In this document: positions 45,039 to 54,947 of the stretch, piece by piece
Layout of the letters: the number at the start of each line of letters is the position of its first letter
Position numbering within the stretch: position 1 is the first letter of the stretch
Virus record (IMG/VR): IMGVR_UViG_3300025096_000004
Coordinates: 96,001-160,000 of that record
From: a virus
Strand: one strand, 5' to 3'
DNA: 64,000 nt
Made by a program: the position numbers and the translations under genes
The notes under the pieces: generated by a model
The model's input: the letters and a program-made list of their open reading frames with translations, nothing else
Database searches by the model: none
Told to the model about the DNA's origin: nothing

Positions 45039-47999
45039 ATGCCTGCTAAATTTGATTTTTTATCACCCGGAGTGTCCCTCCGCGAGATTGACCAGTCTCA
45101 AATCCCTTCCGTTACTGCTGAGGACGGTATTTTAATTGTTGGAACGGCTCCCGCCGGTCCTGCCATGAAACCAGTAAGAGTTAGGGATCTTGATAGTTTC
45201 TTGGAAGTGTTTGGATATCCCGGATCTGGGAAACAAGCTACCGATGTTTGGCGAAACGGATCTTTTGGTCCAACATATGGTATGTATGCCGCCCAAGCTT
45301 GGCTGTCTGCGGAATCTTCTCCCGTTACTTACGTTCGTGTGCTTGGGGAACAACATCCATCGCAATCCACCGGATTGCTAGCTGGTTGGACAACCACAGA
45401 TGATATGGATACTGTCCAAGCTGACAACGGCGGCGCCTACGGCTTCTTCGTCGGCCCATCTGGCAGTACCACTGCTTTCAATAAAGATAAACCAGCAACA
45501 TTGGCTGCAATTGTATATTGCGATCAAGGCTCGTTAAAGTTAAGTGGCACCGTCTATCAACCGACAGATGCCACCCCCGGTACTACTGCTTCGGTAGGCA
45601 AGGCAATTCAATCCTTGACCACCAGCGGTGTTGCTAATGAGTTTTTGCTCCAGCACGTTGACTCTGCTGGAACTACGACAACAGATTATCTTATCAATTT
45701 TGATAAAGCAGCTTCTAATACAAATTCAAATTTTATTCGAGCAATTATACCAACAAATCCTGAAAAAACTAACGATAATCTTTATTCGACGGTAAATGAG
45801 CTTTGGCTTGGCGAAACCTATGAAGAATCGGTTAATAGATTTGTAACTTCCGAAGTGTCCACCGCTGGTGGCCAGTGGGGCATACTCGTCCATTTGGGAA
45901 AAGCCAATGATACCGATGGTTGGGCTAAATTTGAAGATCATCGTCGTGAAGCTGAAGCTCCAAAGTCAGGTTGGTTTATTTCGCAAGATTTTGGATCTGC
46001 AACAAATTATGACACGACAAAGGCCCAAAGGCTTTTCCGAGTTGTTGGTCTTCACGAAGGTGAGTGGCTTCAAAAGAATTTCCAAATTGGGATTGAAATA
46101 GTGAGACTTGGAAATAATGTAGATCCTTATTCTACTTTTAATTTATATGTAATGGATCTAAATGATAACAAAGTTGAGCATTTTAAAAACTTAAATTTTA
46201 ATCCGGGCTCTTCGAATTTTATTGCAAAAAGAATTGGAGATCAAACTCAAGTTTGGAACACCAATCAAAAGAAATATCGGGTACAGGGTGAATACCCCAA
46301 CATTTCAGGCTATATTCGAGTTGAGCTTGCCGAAGCTGTCAAAAATGGCTCTTTGCAATCATTATCGTCAGTTCCATTCGGCGTCCAAGGTCCGGTGACT
46401 TTTAAGGATTTTTTCGCAGTCCAAAACGCAACGGCACAGAAAATTTCAAAGACATCGGCTGGAACCACAGCTTATGCTTATGCGGACTGCATTGGTTGGC
46501 ACGACGGCGATGTCGTCAATGGTAATGACACCTCCAACATCGTCGATGATATTTTTGGTTTCGATCATTCTACCACCAAGGTTGGCTTTACGTGGCCACG
46601 CCTTCGCCTGACGACAACATCTTCTAAGGGCTCTTCGAATACAGATTATGCCACTAGTGACTGGCTTGGGGTTTCTCATCGCCTTTCTGGTTCCACATCT
46701 CTTTCTCAGTGTTATTATGATTTGGTTCGACAAGGTCCAAAAAACACAACTGTTGCTCATGACGTACATTTGGCTGAATCAACCGACGCCCCAACAACCG
46801 CATCCGAAAAGGAATTTCAATATTTCTTTACTTTGGATGATGTTAAGTGGGATCAAAACACAGATCTTGTATATTATGCGTCTGGCTCGCGATCTGAGGC
46901 CCTCGCCACTGATCAATCTTATACAGCAACTAGTGGTTCGGATGCGCTTATTAACACAATTCGAGTTCGCAAGTTTAAGTCTCCTTTGTTCGGTGGCTTT
47001 GATGGCGTAAGCATCACGGAAGCAAATCCTTTTGCTAACCACTCTGAAGCTCTTGGGTCAAACAGCAGCAATGAAATGAACAATTATGCTGTTTATAGTA
47101 TAATGAAAGCTCTTGATACTGTCGCCGATGAAGAAGTTGTTCCATACGATCTCATTTCTGTCCCCGGCGTGACAAATAACAAAATTACAGATCGAGTTTT
47201 AGAAATCGCCTCCGAACGCGGAGACTCTTTGGCCATCATTGATCTTGAATCCGGTTTCGCACCCGCACAGGTCGAAGGCGCAACCCAAACGGTTGGGTCT
47301 GTAAGAGAAACAATTAGTTCTCTTGTTGGCAGAGACATCAACACAAGTTATGGTGCATGCTACTATCCATGGATTCGTCTTCGTGACACTTTAAGTGGAA
47401 ACAATGACGTAATTATGGCACCTCCATCTGTCGCTGCAATCGGTGCAATCGCTCGATCTGAAGCAATTTCTGAGCCTTGGTTTGCACCTGCTGGATTTAA
47501 CCGGGGTGGCATCCGCCAACTTGGTGGAGTAAAAGGCCCACAATGTGTTGGGACTTGGGAACACTTGACCAAGGATAATCGTGATGATCTTTACGCCGCA
47601 AACGTCAATCCGATTGCAAGATTTCCTGCTATCAATGAGATTGTTATTTTTGGCCAAAAGACACTTCAACAGACCCCATCTGCACTTGATCGGATTAATG
47701 TTCGTCGTTTGATGATTTATTTGAAAAAGTCGATTAAAAACATCGCAGACACGATTTTGTTTGATCAAAATGTTAACACCACTTGGTTGCGCTTCCGAGG
47801 AGAAGCAGACCGAGTATTGTCTTCGGTACAAACCCGACTTGGTCTGACAGAATATAAGGTTGTTTTGGATAAAACAACCACTACTCCTGATTTGATTGAT
47901 CGCAACATTCTTTATGCTAAAATCTTTGTAAAGCCTGCGAGATCAATTGAGTTTATTGCTGTTGATTTCATAATCACCAGAACAGGCGTAGAATTTTAA
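45039..47999 (+). CDS. gp18: Contractile tail sheath protein (gp18-like)
   Basis: SPGVSLREIDQS N-terminus; PWFAPAGFNRG, NVNPI, FGQKTLQ, RINVRRL and KPARSIEFIAVDF C-terminal motifs. Confidence 0.93.
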   Translation: MPAKFDFLSPGVSLREIDQSQIPSVTAEDGILIVGTAPAGPAMKPVRVRDLDSFLEVFGYPGSGKQATDVWRNGSFGPTYGMYAAQAWLSAESSPVTYVRVLGEQHPSQSTGLLAGWTTTDDMDTVQADNGGAYGFFVGPSGSTTAFNKDKPATLAAIVYCDQGSLKLSGTVYQPTDATPGTTASVGKAIQSLTTSGVANEFLLQHVDSAGTTTTDYLINFDKAASNTNSNFIRAIIPTNPEKTNDNLYSTVNELWLGETYEESVNRFVTSEVSTAGGQWGILVHLGKANDTDGWAKFEDHRREAEAPKSGWFISQDFGSATNYDTTKAQRLFRVVGLHEGEWLQKNFQIGIEIVRLGNNVDPYSTFNLYVMDLNDNKVEHFKNLNFNPGSSNFIAKRIGDQTQVWNTNQKKYRVQGEYPNISGYIRVELAEAVKNGSLQSLSSVPFGVQGPVTFKDFFAVQNATAQKISKTSAGTTAYAYADCIGWHDGDVVNGNDTSNIVDDIFGFDHSTTKVGFTWPRLRLTTTSSKGSSNTDYATSDWLGVSHRLSGSTSLSQCYYDLVRQGPKNTTVAHDVHLAESTDAPTTASEKEFQYFFTLDDVKWDQNTDLVYYASGSRSEALATDQSYTATSGSDALINTIRVRKFKSPLFGGFDGVSITEANPFANHSEALGSNSSNEMNNYAVYSIMKALDTVADEEVVPYDLISVPGVTNNKITDRVLEIASERGDSLAIIDLESGFAPAQVEGATQTVGSVRETISSLVGRDINTSYGACYYPWIRLRDTLSGNNDVIMAPPSVAAIGAIARSEAISEPWFAPAGFNRGGIRQLGGVKGPQCVGTWEHLTKDNRDDLYAANVNPIARFPAINEIVIFGQKTLQQTPSALDRINVRRLMIYLKKSIKNIADTILFDQNVNTTWLRFRGEADRVLSSVQTRLGLTEYKVVLDKTTTTPDLIDRNILYAKIFVKPARSIEFIAVDFIITRTGVEF

Positions 48000-48006
48000 T
48001 TAAGTT

Positions 48007-48014
48007 ACTAGTTA
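48007..48014 (+). promoter_or_regulatory. Candidate late promoter variant ACTAGTTA
   Basis: Intergenic, 33 nt upstream of the tube gene (AGGAG SD). Confidence 0.5.
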
Positions 48015-48039
48015 GAGTATTAATAGGAGAAACTAACAC

Positions 48040-48651
48040 ATGTCATTTTGGACTTCAACTGCATTAGAGCCTAAGAGGCAATTTAGATTTAGACTGACCA
48101 TCACGGCAGTCGATGGTGAAGCAGCTATTTGGTTTGCGAAAAAGGTTACTGTTCCTGCCTTTACGGTTGGAGAAGTTAAACATTCTTTTGTTGACAAGAC
48201 CTTTTATTACCCCGGACGAGTCGAGTGGAATACCATTGAAGCCACTTTGGTAGATCCTGTAAGTCCTGATGCAGTTGGGATGACTAATGCTATGTTGGCT
48301 AAGTCTGGATATTTCATACCTTCTTCTCCCAATGCTGAGGGAGCTTGGGGTTCGATATCAAAAGCAGAAGCTGTTACAGCGGGCATTGGTAACGTTATTA
48401 TTGAATCAATTGATCAAGATGGCAATTCTCTTGAACAGTGGTCATTGCAAAATCCTTTTATTAAGTCTGTTAAATATGGAGACCTTTCGTATGATTCTGA
48501 TGAATTGAGAGAAATTTCAATTGAATTTAGATATGATTGGGCAGAATGCTCTATTATGTCCGAAGGTGGCGGAGTTTATAATGATGAAGTTGGAGATAAA
48601 GCCCAGCGTTACCTCGGAGCCTCAAATCAATCCGGAAATCCTCAATTTTAA
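48040..48651 (+). CDS. gp19: Tail tube protein (gp19-like)
   Basis: EPKRQFRF, YYPGRVEWNTIEATLVDPV and W.LQNPFIKSVKYGDLSYDSDELREISIEFRYDWA. Confidence 0.85.
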   Translation: MSFWTSTALEPKRQFRFRLTITAVDGEAAIWFAKKVTVPAFTVGEVKHSFVDKTFYYPGRVEWNTIEATLVDPVSPDAVGMTNAMLAKSGYFIPSSPNAEGAWGSISKAEAVTAGIGNVIIESIDQDGNSLEQWSLQNPFIKSVKYGDLSYDSDELREISIEFRYDWAECSIMSEGGGVYNDEVGDKAQRYLGASNQSGNPQF

Positions 48652-48663
48652 TAGGGGTTTATA

Positions 48664-49386
48664 GTGCCATTTTGGAATTCATCAAAGCTCGAGCCAAGCA
48701 AACAAAACCGATTTAGGGTTGTGTTCACTCCTTCCCTAGATCATCAGACAACACTTCTGCTACTAAATCAAGAAGCAAACAAGCAACAAAAAAAGGGCGT
48801 TTCACTGCCCCCCGAATCCGAAATCCAAGAGAATACCAAAGCCCACTTGTGGAACACCAATTTCGAAGCTACAACCCAAGAAGATTATTGGTGGTGGGCC
48901 AAAGCTTGTAATCTTCCTTCTTTCGAGATTGCGATGTCAGAGTACCAATTGGTTAATCATAAATTTAAATATCCCGGAATGCTTGTATGGAATGATGTAA
49001 CAATCACTTTAGTGGACGTTGGCAATAAAGCAGAAGAAATTATCACAACGCTTAAATTGGCAGGTTATGGCGCCGGCGCTAGTTGCGGCTCGGGGATCTC
49101 TAAGGGCGCATTTTCTGCCATGGGTGATTTCCGAATACAACTCATCAAGCCTAATGGATCCGTCGCCAAGCAATGGAGATTGGACAACTGGTTTTATAGA
49201 TCCGTTCGATTTGGAGATTTAAGTTATGAAAGCGATGAATTTGTTACGATCGAATTGACTTTGGGATATGATTTTGCCGAATTGGAAACAGGCCCTCAAC
49301 CTGAAGAGGTGGCAACAAAAGTCGCCACAGAAAAGAATGAACCCGAACCGGAGTCTCAGCCCGGAACAGAGGAACTTAAATTTTAA
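48664..49386 (+). CDS. Second tail-tube-like paralog (GTG start)
   Basis: EPSKQNRFRV, FKYPGMLVWNDVTITLVD and W.LDNWFYRSVRFGDLSYESDEFVTIELTLGYDFA. Confidence 0.8.
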   Translation: MPFWNSSKLEPSKQNRFRVVFTPSLDHQTTLLLLNQEANKQQKKGVSLPPESEIQENTKAHLWNTNFEATTQEDYWWWAKACNLPSFEIAMSEYQLVNHKFKYPGMLVWNDVTITLVDVGNKAEEIITTLKLAGYGAGASCGSGISKGAFSAMGDFRIQLIKPNGSVAKQWRLDNWFYRSVRFGDLSYESDEFVTIELTLGYDFAELETGPQPEEVATKVATEKNEPEPESQPGTEELKF

Positions 49387-49435
49387 TGACAAGGCCCACG
49401 AGTCTTGGGATAAGCAAACTACAAAGAGGTGAAAA

Positions 49436-50305
49436 TTGAGTAGAAACAACGAATCGCGAACTGGGGTCCAAAACCCCGGCGATGCGACAGCGGCGACAGA
49501 AGTCGCAACAACAGAAAAACAAGAGACAAGAAGTCCATTGGAGTTTATTACTCCTACGGATTTTGTAACACTTCCGTCAAAAGGCAAGAGTTACCCTTCA
49601 AATCATCCGCTTCATAACCAAGAAGTGATTGAGATTAAATATATGACAGCAAAAGAAGAAGATATTCTTACTTCTCGAGCTTTATTGAAAAAAAATCTTG
49701 CAATTGAAAGATTTCTTCAAAGTGTTATAAAAGATAAACGCATTAACCCAAAAGACATGCTCATTGGTGATCGTAATGCGGTAATTGTCGCAGCCAGAGC
49801 CTCTGGCTATGGTTCTGATTATGAAACTAGTGTTGGTTGCCCAGCATGCGGCGAGCGTTCAATGGTTAATTTTGATCTTTCAGATCCCCAAATATATGAG
49901 GGATCACTTCCAGAAGTGGGTGATGTTGAGATAACACCAAACGGGACTTATCTTTTAACTGCTCCAGTCTCTAAGTTCAGGATAGAGCTTAAAATGATGA
50001 CTGGGGAGGATGAAACATATATTTCTCACATTATGATGTCCAACAAGAAGAACAAATTACCAGAAACCAATATGTCTGAGCAATATAAACGAATGGTGCA
50101 GTCTGTATCGGGCTACACTGATCGAAGAGCTATCAACCATTTTTTAACAAATGCACCAGCCCGAGATATGCGTTTTATTAGAACAATCTATAAATCTATT
50201 TCTCCCGATGTTAAGGTTATTAATGATTTTAATTGCCAGTCCTGTGGCCATAGTCAGGAACTGGAGGTGCCGTTTGGAGCGGACTTTTTTTGGCCTGACG
50301 GATAA
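49436..50305 (+). CDS. Tail/baseplate hub assembly chaperone (T4 gp26/gp51-like; TTG start)
   Basis: GAGGTG SD; LPSKGKSY, MTAKEEDIL, two CxxC motifs (CPAC, CQSC), ends DFFWPDG. Confidence 0.75.
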   Translation: MSRNNESRTGVQNPGDATAATEVATTEKQETRSPLEFITPTDFVTLPSKGKSYPSNHPLHNQEVIEIKYMTAKEEDILTSRALLKKNLAIERFLQSVIKDKRINPKDMLIGDRNAVIVAARASGYGSDYETSVGCPACGERSMVNFDLSDPQIYEGSLPEVGDVEITPNGTYLLTAPVSKFRIELKMMTGEDETYISHIMMSNKKNKLPETNMSEQYKRMVQSVSGYTDRRAINHFLTNAPARDMRFIRTIYKSISPDVKVINDFNCQSCGHSQELEVPFGADFFWPDG

Positions 50306-50309
50306 ATAT

Positions 50310-50477
50310 ATGGAATCTGTCTATGAGCAGTTCTTCTTGCTTAAACACCATGGAGGCTGGTCACTTATAGAAGCATACAATTTGCCTGTTGGCTTGCGAA
50401 TGTGGTTTTTGAAAAGATTACAAAAACAGTTTGAAGAAGAAAAGGCAGAAATGGACAAAAGCAATAATAAAAGATAA
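50310..50477 (+). CDS. Small chaperone-associated ORF (55 aa), possibly expressed as a frameshift extension of 49436
   Basis: YEQFFLLKHHGGWSLIEAYNLPVGLRMWFLKRL; the frame is open upstream through the T7 run at 50285-50291. Confidence 0.7.
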   Translation: MESVYEQFFLLKHHGGWSLIEAYNLPVGLRMWFLKRLQKQFEEEKAEMDKSNNKR

Positions 50478-50479
50478 TT

Positions 50480-50503
50480 AATGCCCGAGAGGGCATTTTT
50501 TTT
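50480..50503 (+). terminator. Rho-independent terminator
   Basis: aatgccc-GAGA-gggcatt followed by a T-run. Confidence 0.85.
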
Positions 50504-50508
50504 ATTAA

Positions 50509-50516
50509 ACTATTTA
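50509..50516 (+). promoter_or_regulatory. Candidate late promoter motif ACTATTTA
   Basis: Right after the terminator, 28 nt upstream of the 50537 start (GAGGTG SD). Confidence 0.6.
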
Positions 50517-50536
50517 TATTATGCGAGGTGTAAACA

Positions 50537-50893
50537 ATGGTGATTGATTTTAGTGATAATAATAATTTAGCGGAAGGTTATACTGATGCTTTTGGTCAAG
50601 TTTCTCAATATTTATTGGGCAAGATCTTCGGCGCAAGCGACGAAGAACTACAGCATTATGCTTGGTTAACTATGAAAGAGGAAAACTCCGACCCTAAAAC
50701 CGATTTCGTAATTCGAGGAAAATATAGAGATATCAAGGCATATGCTCAAGCTCTTGCTTATGAAAAGGACTATATCATCGCAATTGAAAAATATGGCGAA
50801 AACCATATGAAAACTGCCAAAACAAAGGCTGAACTTGATCAGGCAACAAATAAATTTGAGAGCTTAACAGGGATTCAGTGGCCATTTAAATAG
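50537..50893 (+). CDS. Hypothetical protein preceding the tape measure gene
   Basis: 118 aa, with SD and promoter motif. Confidence 0.65.
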   Translation: MVIDFSDNNNLAEGYTDAFGQVSQYLLGKIFGASDEELQHYAWLTMKEENSDPKTDFVIRGKYRDIKAYAQALAYEKDYIIAIEKYGENHMKTAKTKAELDQATNKFESLTGIQWPFK

Positions 50894-50904
50894 AGACCAA
50901 TCTT

Positions 50905-53900
50905 ATGTCAATGATGACCCAAAAACAATTTGAAGAACTGAAAGAACTTTTGAAGAAATTGGCCACCGATAAGGGTAAAGGCAAAGATTCTTCCGGCCCA
51001 TCCGTGGAAAAAATAGAAAAAGGCGAAGAAGGAACTGCGGCTGGAAAAGCCAAAATGGAGCGAAATAAAAAAGCTCTCGCAGATCACCAACGTCGCGTCA
51101 CATTGAGGTCTGAAGAACTTCGTCTCGAAACTGAGTTGAATCTAGGCTTATTTAATAGACAGGAAGCCATGGATGGTCTTCTTAAGATGGAAGACCAAAA
51201 ACATGAACTGATAAAAGCTTCCAACACTGCTTATAGTGAAGGAAACATTGAAAAAGCCAACGCCCTACAGAAAGAAATCGCTCAAGTCGATGTGGTCTTA
51301 GGCAAAAATCAGAAGCTTTTAAAAGCCGCCAAAAAACAAACTGTTGCACAGAAACAAGCACACCAATCCGGCGAAAATTTGTTCAGAGGTCTTGCCGGAA
51401 CCATCGGGCTGGCCAAAAAAGCGCAAGATACTTTTGCCGGAAAACTTTTTAAAATGATTAAAGTCCTTTCGAAGCCCGGAGGGGTGAAGGCTTTTTTCAA
51501 AGGAATATTTCAGGGCATCATGCAACTGCCCTTTGCTCTTCTTGATAAAGTAATTCAACACACAATCCAGCTAATATTTGCCCTTGATAATGCTCAAAAT
51601 GCCTTTTCCGCAGCAACACAGCAAGGCGATAAGTATAACCAAATGATTAGTGATTCAACATTTGCTAATATTCAATTTGGAATATCCGCCGCCGAGACCG
51701 AAAAAGCCCACCGTACTATGTATGAGAGTTTTTTCGCCTTTACTCAGACCGGCCCTGCTGCCCGAAGGCAAATGGGAGAGCTTGCCAGCAGGATGGAGAA
51801 ATTAGGGGTTTCTGCTGAATCAACAGGCAAGATGATGAATTGGTTCAATAAGAACCTAAGCCAAACATCAGAGGATTCAATGGAATCCGCCGCCCAAATC
51901 GCCCTGTTGGGTAGAAATATAGGGATCAGCGCCGGGCGAATGTCAAGGGACTTTTTAGCGGCTATTCCTAAATTAACTGTATACGGTAACCGAGCCGTGG
52001 GTATCTTTGGTAACCTTGCTGCTATGGCACAAAGATCCGGAGCCTCTATGCAGGCCATGCTTGATGTCGCGGGCAAGTTTGATACATTCCAAGGCGCCGC
52101 CGAAGCTGTCGGAAAATTAAATGCCATCTTGGGAACTCAAATGTCGGCAACGGAAATGCTGATGATGACAGAGGATCAAAGAATTGAGACTCTTATCTTA
52201 CAAGTTCAAACTTCTGGAATGGCATTTCGCGATATGGATCGATTCACCCAAAAAGCAATTGCCGCCGCTGCGGGAATTAGTGATATGAACGAGGCCCAAC
52301 GCATTTTCGGTGGTTCATTGAGCGACTATCATGAAGCTCAAGAATTGATGGTGAAAGAAGCCGAAGCTCAAGAGAAGGTAGACAAGGCTGTAAAAAATGC
52401 TCTTCCGGCAAAACAAAAGCTGCTCATTGCCTTTAATCAAATGGTATCGCAGCACATTACAGATGAGTTTATAACAAGAATGCACCAATTTGTCGATTGG
52501 TTGATCAAATTGACAGAGCCCGAGCGCTTTCAAGCGTGGTTAAAGACAATGGGGCTGAGCAAAGACCAACTAGTTGCTCTCGGCGAGAAAATTTTATGGT
52601 GGGGTGGCGTTCTCGGCGCCGCCTATCTTTTTCTTCCAATGCTCGTTGGGGGTTTAAAATCATATATTATGTATAGCAAGCTTAGTAAGATTGCTACAAA
52701 TGGCCAAGTCGCAGCCGAGAAAGCAAAAGGCATCATTTTGCCAAAAAACAAAGTCCAAATGAAAATGTATACCAAAACCACAAAAATGAATACAGCGGCA
52801 ACTCAAGCAAACTCAAGGGCTGCATTTGCCGCCGCCGCAAAAATAGCTGCCGTCGGAGCCGCTATCCTGTTGGCCGGCATAGGTATATATATAGCCGTCA
52901 AGGGTTTTGTTGATTTAGCCAATGCCATGAGCGAAATGAAGAGTAACGTCGGCGCACTGGTTGCTATTGTTACTGTCATCACTGCCGGTTTTGTGGGAAT
53001 GACCTTCGCACTCAGCCTGATGGGCGGAGCATCCGCTGCCGCTGCTGGTCCTATTATGGCTGTTGGGTTCGCTGTATTACTAATGGGCGCAGGCGTGGGC
53101 CTTGCTGCAATGGGTTTTGCGGTTCTGGTCATGGCCATCGGCGATCTTAATTCTAAGGGTCTCGAGGCTATTCAAACATTTGCCCTCTTGGCGTTTGGCA
53201 TTGCTGCCATTGCCGCTGGTCTGCTTTACGCCTCTGGCGCCACTTTGGCCATAGGCACTGCTGCCATCGCCGCTGCACCCGGCTTGGCCACATTCACTCT
53301 TGCCATCAAGGGGATTGGCTTTGCCCTTGCTCTTGTTGCCGGCGCTTTGGCCCTTATGTTTGATAGAATGGCAGCATTCGGAAGGGCAATCAAAGGAACC
53401 GCAAAAGATTCAAAAGCCATGGCAGGAGCATTGCGTGAAGCCGGCTATGCTGCGATACTTAATGGTAACCCAATTGCTCTTGCTGGTTTGGCAGCACAAA
53501 CGCTTTATGCCAAAGCATCCAAAACTACCGTTTCCATCTCCGGCGGTGCTAATCTGAAAGCAATGGCGGAAGGTATGGAACAAACCGCCTCTTTGGCGTC
53601 GTCTTTTGAAAAAGTGGCTGAAACCATGAATGCAATTGCCACTGGCATCAACGAGATAGACACGGCTATTGGCTCTGGCAAACGAAGGGTTGAAATCATT
53701 TCTACATTGTCCCATTTAGCTTCGATTTCCACCGCTGAAGTCGCCACTTCGGCTAGAGGAAAAACTGCATCTTCAATCAATACAACTCAACAAGCAATAA
53801 AGGTAGAGATCGAGAATAAATTTGAGGACCTTCAGCTTGTGGTTGATGACGGCAAAACACACTCTTTTGCAGCGTATATACGCACGAAGAGCATTAATCG

Positions 53901-53916
53901 CAAAGGCGTTGCTTGA
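50905..53916 (+). CDS. Tape measure protein
   Basis: 1003 aa helical Ala/Gly-rich protein with hydrophobic repeats; downstream of tube and chaperone genes. Confidence 0.85.
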   Translation: MSMMTQKQFEELKELLKKLATDKGKGKDSSGPSVEKIEKGEEGTAAGKAKMERNKKALADHQRRVTLRSEELRLETELNLGLFNRQEAMDGLLKMEDQKHELIKASNTAYSEGNIEKANALQKEIAQVDVVLGKNQKLLKAAKKQTVAQKQAHQSGENLFRGLAGTIGLAKKAQDTFAGKLFKMIKVLSKPGGVKAFFKGIFQGIMQLPFALLDKVIQHTIQLIFALDNAQNAFSAATQQGDKYNQMISDSTFANIQFGISAAETEKAHRTMYESFFAFTQTGPAARRQMGELASRMEKLGVSAESTGKMMNWFNKNLSQTSEDSMESAAQIALLGRNIGISAGRMSRDFLAAIPKLTVYGNRAVGIFGNLAAMAQRSGASMQAMLDVAGKFDTFQGAAEAVGKLNAILGTQMSATEMLMMTEDQRIETLILQVQTSGMAFRDMDRFTQKAIAAAAGISDMNEAQRIFGGSLSDYHEAQELMVKEAEAQEKVDKAVKNALPAKQKLLIAFNQMVSQHITDEFITRMHQFVDWLIKLTEPERFQAWLKTMGLSKDQLVALGEKILWWGGVLGAAYLFLPMLVGGLKSYIMYSKLSKIATNGQVAAEKAKGIILPKNKVQMKMYTKTTKMNTAATQANSRAAFAAAAKIAAVGAAILLAGIGIYIAVKGFVDLANAMSEMKSNVGALVAIVTVITAGFVGMTFALSLMGGASAAAAGPIMAVGFAVLLMGAGVGLAAMGFAVLVMAIGDLNSKGLEAIQTFALLAFGIAAIAAGLLYASGATLAIGTAAIAAAPGLATFTLAIKGIGFALALVAGALALMFDRMAAFGRAIKGTAKDSKAMAGALREAGYAAILNGNPIALAGLAAQTLYAKASKTTVSISGGANLKAMAEGMEQTASLASSFEKVAETMNAIATGINEIDTAIGSGKRRVEIISTLSHLASISTAEVATSARGKTASSINTTQQAIKVEIENKFEDLQLVVDDGKTHSFAAYIRTKSINRKGVA

Positions 53917-53947
53917 TGAATTTTGACATAGTCCGAGAGACATAGAA

Positions 53948-54922
53948 ATGAAAAGTGTAAATGATATAATTCGTAAATACGCAAATTGCCAAGGCGGCGA
54001 TCTCTTTTTTGGTGATCCATATATGCGCCACCCTCAGATATCTTTTTTGGCGTTTATTCAAGAAATGAACCAAACATTTTCTTTATCTTATGACCAAGAA
54101 GAGGTATATGGGAGAAACGACCCCATTACATCATATAGAAACACCAAGAGAACCCTATCGCTAAGCTGGATCATACCATCAGTTGATCTTTATGATGCCA
54201 AGTTGAACCACGCGAAGACAAGGCACCTAATGCGCTTACTTTACCCAAGATATGAAAACTTGGTAGATCAAAAAATGAGTCAAGATGAATGGTTGAAAGC
54301 AATGCATCCTCGATATTATCTGGAAAAACAAGTGTCCGCCGCAGTTCAGAGACAATTGAAACCTAAAACTGCCGACCCCCGCCCCGATACTGTCTTTAAG
54401 TTTTTTCATTACATGGAAGCGGATGGTCATCATCTGATGATGGGCGCCGAGCCACGCCTCCGCTCAGGCTCTGGAGAGTACGGCAGCGGCCACTACACCG
54501 ATGCCGAAAAGATTTTCGCCCAAAGACGAGAAAATGAGAACAACCAAAACGAGGATGGCAGCGAGTGGAACCCCGAGCCCTTGGCTCAAAATATGTCAAT
54601 TGATAGAGGAATAAAACATACCCAGACCATGATCGAGAACCCGATAGTGCTGATAAGATATTCAAATTTGATATCCGATGGTTTGGGCCTGCCCTTAATG
54701 GGCTATTTAGACGGTCTCTCAATAAAGCCATTACTGGATGAGGGCCACTTTACCGAGTGCCAAGGTGAGGTTCTAAATCCGATAACCAAGAAAAAAGTCA
54801 TGATGTCCGCAGGCACCTACCCAAGGGTATATACTATTTCGTGCAATTTTAATGTAATTCATACAGAAGCTCTTGGATATGATGCACTGGGTGTCCCAAT
54901 GAGTGACATATTTTTCATTTGA
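53948..54922 (+). CDS. Baseplate tube-initiator-like protein, paralog of 54948
   Basis: EEVYGRNDPITSYRNTKRTLSLSW..YP.Y..YPRVYTISCNFNVIH. Confidence 0.6.
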   Translation: MKSVNDIIRKYANCQGGDLFFGDPYMRHPQISFLAFIQEMNQTFSLSYDQEEVYGRNDPITSYRNTKRTLSLSWIIPSVDLYDAKLNHAKTRHLMRLLYPRYENLVDQKMSQDEWLKAMHPRYYLEKQVSAAVQRQLKPKTADPRPDTVFKFFHYMEADGHHLMMGAEPRLRSGSGEYGSGHYTDAEKIFAQRRENENNQNEDGSEWNPEPLAQNMSIDRGIKHTQTMIENPIVLIRYSNLISDGLGLPLMGYLDGLSIKPLLDEGHFTECQGEVLNPITKKKVMMSAGTYPRVYTISCNFNVIHTEALGYDALGVPMSDIFFI

Positions 54923-54924
54923 AG

Positions 54925-54932
54925 ACTAATTA
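54925..54932 (+). promoter_or_regulatory. Candidate late promoter motif ACTAATTA
   Basis: In the short gap upstream of the 54948/54951 start (GGAGG SD). Confidence 0.5.
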
Positions 54933-54947
54933 TCTCCGGAGGGCCTA

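Noticed and set aside
53923-53950. TTGACA upstream of gene 53948
   Set aside because: No acceptable -10 box at 16-18 nt spacing.
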